Origin: a virus
Taxonomy: Duplodnaviria; Caudoviricetes
DNA length: 36,195 nucleotides
Virus record (IMG/VR): IMGVR_UViG_3300030372_000594
Span: 1-36,195 of that record
Direction: 5' to 3' (one strand)
Below, in pieces: positions 34,973 to 36,195 of the stretch (its first letter is position 1; every line of letters starts with the position of its first letter). The translations under genes and the position numbers were made by a program. The notes under the pieces were generated by a model. The model did not search any database, had not been told where the DNA came from, and saw only the letters and a program-made list of their open reading frames with translations.

Positions 34973-35091
34973 TTTTTTATTTTTTTAATTTTACCACTTT
35001 TTGTTCTAGCAAATTTGTGTGTTTTAGTTTCCCTTATTAAAGTCCCACTATACCTTTTGTTGCCCCATTTCCAACTTACTTTTTTAGCCAT
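34969..35091 (-). CDS. Small basic protein, family B copy 2 (40 aa, not in ORF track)
   Basis: MAKKVSWKWGNKRYSGTLIRETKTHKFARTKSGKIKKIKK; ATGA-coupled to terL. Confidence 0.85.
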   Translation of the reverse strand: MAKKVSWKWGNKRYSGTLIRETKTHKFARTKSGKIKKIKK

Positions 35092-35418
35092 TTAATCTTC
35101 TCCTATTACCATTACTTGTATCGGTTCATTCTTTGTTGTGCGTTCTTGTCTTTCCAATGCTTTACCCTCTAATCTTTCTATCACCATTCGCATCGCATTT
35201 AAATCTCCACGCTCTGCCAGTTGAAATAACTTATTCACAATGATTTCCCTACGCTCTCTATCATTTACTTTTTGAAAACTAAATTCTTTAATTAAATCAG
35301 TATAAGCGTTTCGCCTACCATTGGGGTTTCCAGACTCACCTTTTTTCCACATTGTCTTAGGTTTATGACCTTTTTTGAACTGTCCATTGTTCCTTCTGTT
35401 GTCCTTGTGTTTAGTCAT
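35092..35418 (-). CDS. Putative terminase small subunit (DUF5681-like)
   Basis: GQFKKG...WKKGESGNPNGR...A..GD..A...IERLEGK; upstream of terL. Confidence 0.7.
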   Translation of the reverse strand: MTKHKDNRRNNGQFKKGHKPKTMWKKGESGNPNGRRNAYTDLIKEFSFQKVNDRERREIIVNKLFQLAERGDLNAMRMVIERLEGKALERQERTTKNEPIQVMVIGED

Positions 35419-35593
35419 CTATTTGAATTAATCCCATTGCCACAGGCTTATTTAACATATCCATTAAATCTTTGACTGCTTCGGTCTCAAACTCATACAC
35501 ATCAAATTCAATTCGCCACGCTCCCGCAATCTTTAAATTTTTAATGCCAACCAATTCAGCTTTTAAGGATGTTTTATTTTCTTTTTTTGCCAA
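35411..35593 (-). CDS. Hypothetical protein
   Basis: 60-aa ORF with TTG start. Confidence 0.6.
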   Translation of the reverse strand: MAKKENKTSLKAELVGIKNLKIAGAWRIEFDVYEFETEAVKDLMDMLNKPVAMGLIQIDD

Positions 35594-35678
35594 ATTTAAA
35601 TTTCTTTGACTTCATTCCTTTGGATTTTTTTGATGGTCTCCCACGCTTTGAACCATAAGTACCACGACCTTTGGGCAT
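35574..35678 (-). CDS. Tiny basic peptide, family C copy 2 (34 aa, not in ORF track)
   Basis: MPKGRGTYGSKRGRPSKKSKGMKSKKFKFGKKRK; AAGGAG RBS. Confidence 0.75.
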   Translation of the reverse strand: MPKGRGTYGSKRGRPSKKSKGMKSKKFKFGKKRK

Positions 35679-35786
35679 AATAATCTCCTTAGTTTTTAGG
35701 TGTTCAAATTTAAAAACTCTTTTAAAATTATTGAAAGTGCTTATTTTAATTAAATAAAGCTATGTAGTAATGGGGGTTTTTGGGGT

Positions 35787-36068
35787 CTATTTACCCTTAT
35801 ATGCGGGTTTTAGCTTCATAAGGGATAGTATCTTAGGTGTTATATTTATTGACTCGTGTAGGGGGTCATATAATACTTGCACAATTTTGGGTTCTCGTGT
35901 CGCCAGTTCTTTAAATCGTAAATCTATGTCGCCCATTAAATCATCTAATGAATTTCCAAGTGCGGATTTAAAATCAAAACCATCTTTGGTCTCATATTGT
36001 ATTTCGCAATGATATAAAAAATCGTGATTTACTTTATTAAGTAGAGCCATAATCGCAGGTTGCCTCAT
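35787..36068 (-). CDS. Hypothetical protein
   Basis: 93-aa ORF; start uncertain. Confidence 0.6.
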   Translation of the reverse strand: MRQPAIMALLNKVNHDFLYHCEIQYETKDGFDFKSALGNSLDDLMGDIDLRFKELATREPKIVQVLYDPLHESINITPKILSLMKLKPAYKGK

Positions 36069-36195
36069 AAATTATTGAGTTGATTTGGGCGATTGCTTCT
36101 ATTAGCTCCATTGTTGTTAGGTCATCGCCTCCAACCTTAACAACCAAATCGCTAAACTCTTCGTATGATACGATAGTTACTATCCTTTCTAGTGT
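36037..36195 (-). CDS. Partial hypothetical ORF running off the right end
   Basis: Open frame TLERIVTIVSYEEFSDLVVKVGGDDLTTMELIEAIAQINSIIYEATCDYGST followed by a stop. Confidence 0.5.
   Translation of the reverse strand, partial: TLERIVTIVSYEEFSDLVVKVGGDDLTTMELIEAIAQINSIIYEATCDYGST

Noticed and set aside
15739-36012. Plus-strand ORFs in the structural arm and nested - ORFs 22716 and 34728
   Set aside because: They overlap longer genes with clear motifs and are most simply explained as shadow frames.
1-36195. Alternative genetic code (stop-codon reassignment)
   Set aside because: Standard code gives dense, intact genes, TAG and TGA are used as true stops, and the tRNA is not a suppressor.

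Overview
The window is an AT-rich, apparently near-complete genome of a tailed dsDNA phage with a siphovirus-like tail module. It has two convergent arms. The + arm (about 0.57-12.57 kb) holds small early genes, a tRNA-Tyr, a Mom-like DNA modification gene, an HTH replication initiator with iteron-like repeats, a fused primase-helicase, a phosphoesterase, and SSB-, NinG- and NinB-like genes. The - arm (36.2 kb down to 12.54 kb) holds terminase, portal, head genes, a 1499-aa fibre with an S74 chaperone, a pilin-like gene, lysis genes and tail genes. I found no integrase, repressor or DNA polymerase. Four signals stand out. (1) Two complete type I hammerhead ribozymes (1180-1236 and 2360-2415) flank a three-gene early cassette, and the excised RNA could re-form a hammerhead at a circular junction. 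(2) A 17-bp palindrome, AGTTAAG-N3-CTTAACT, occurs seven times. (3) Three families of tiny Lys/Arg-rich proteins are each encoded twice, one pair under clear purifying selection. (4) A type IV pilin-like gene sits next to the lysis module. Family assignments come from motif recognition only; no database search was run.
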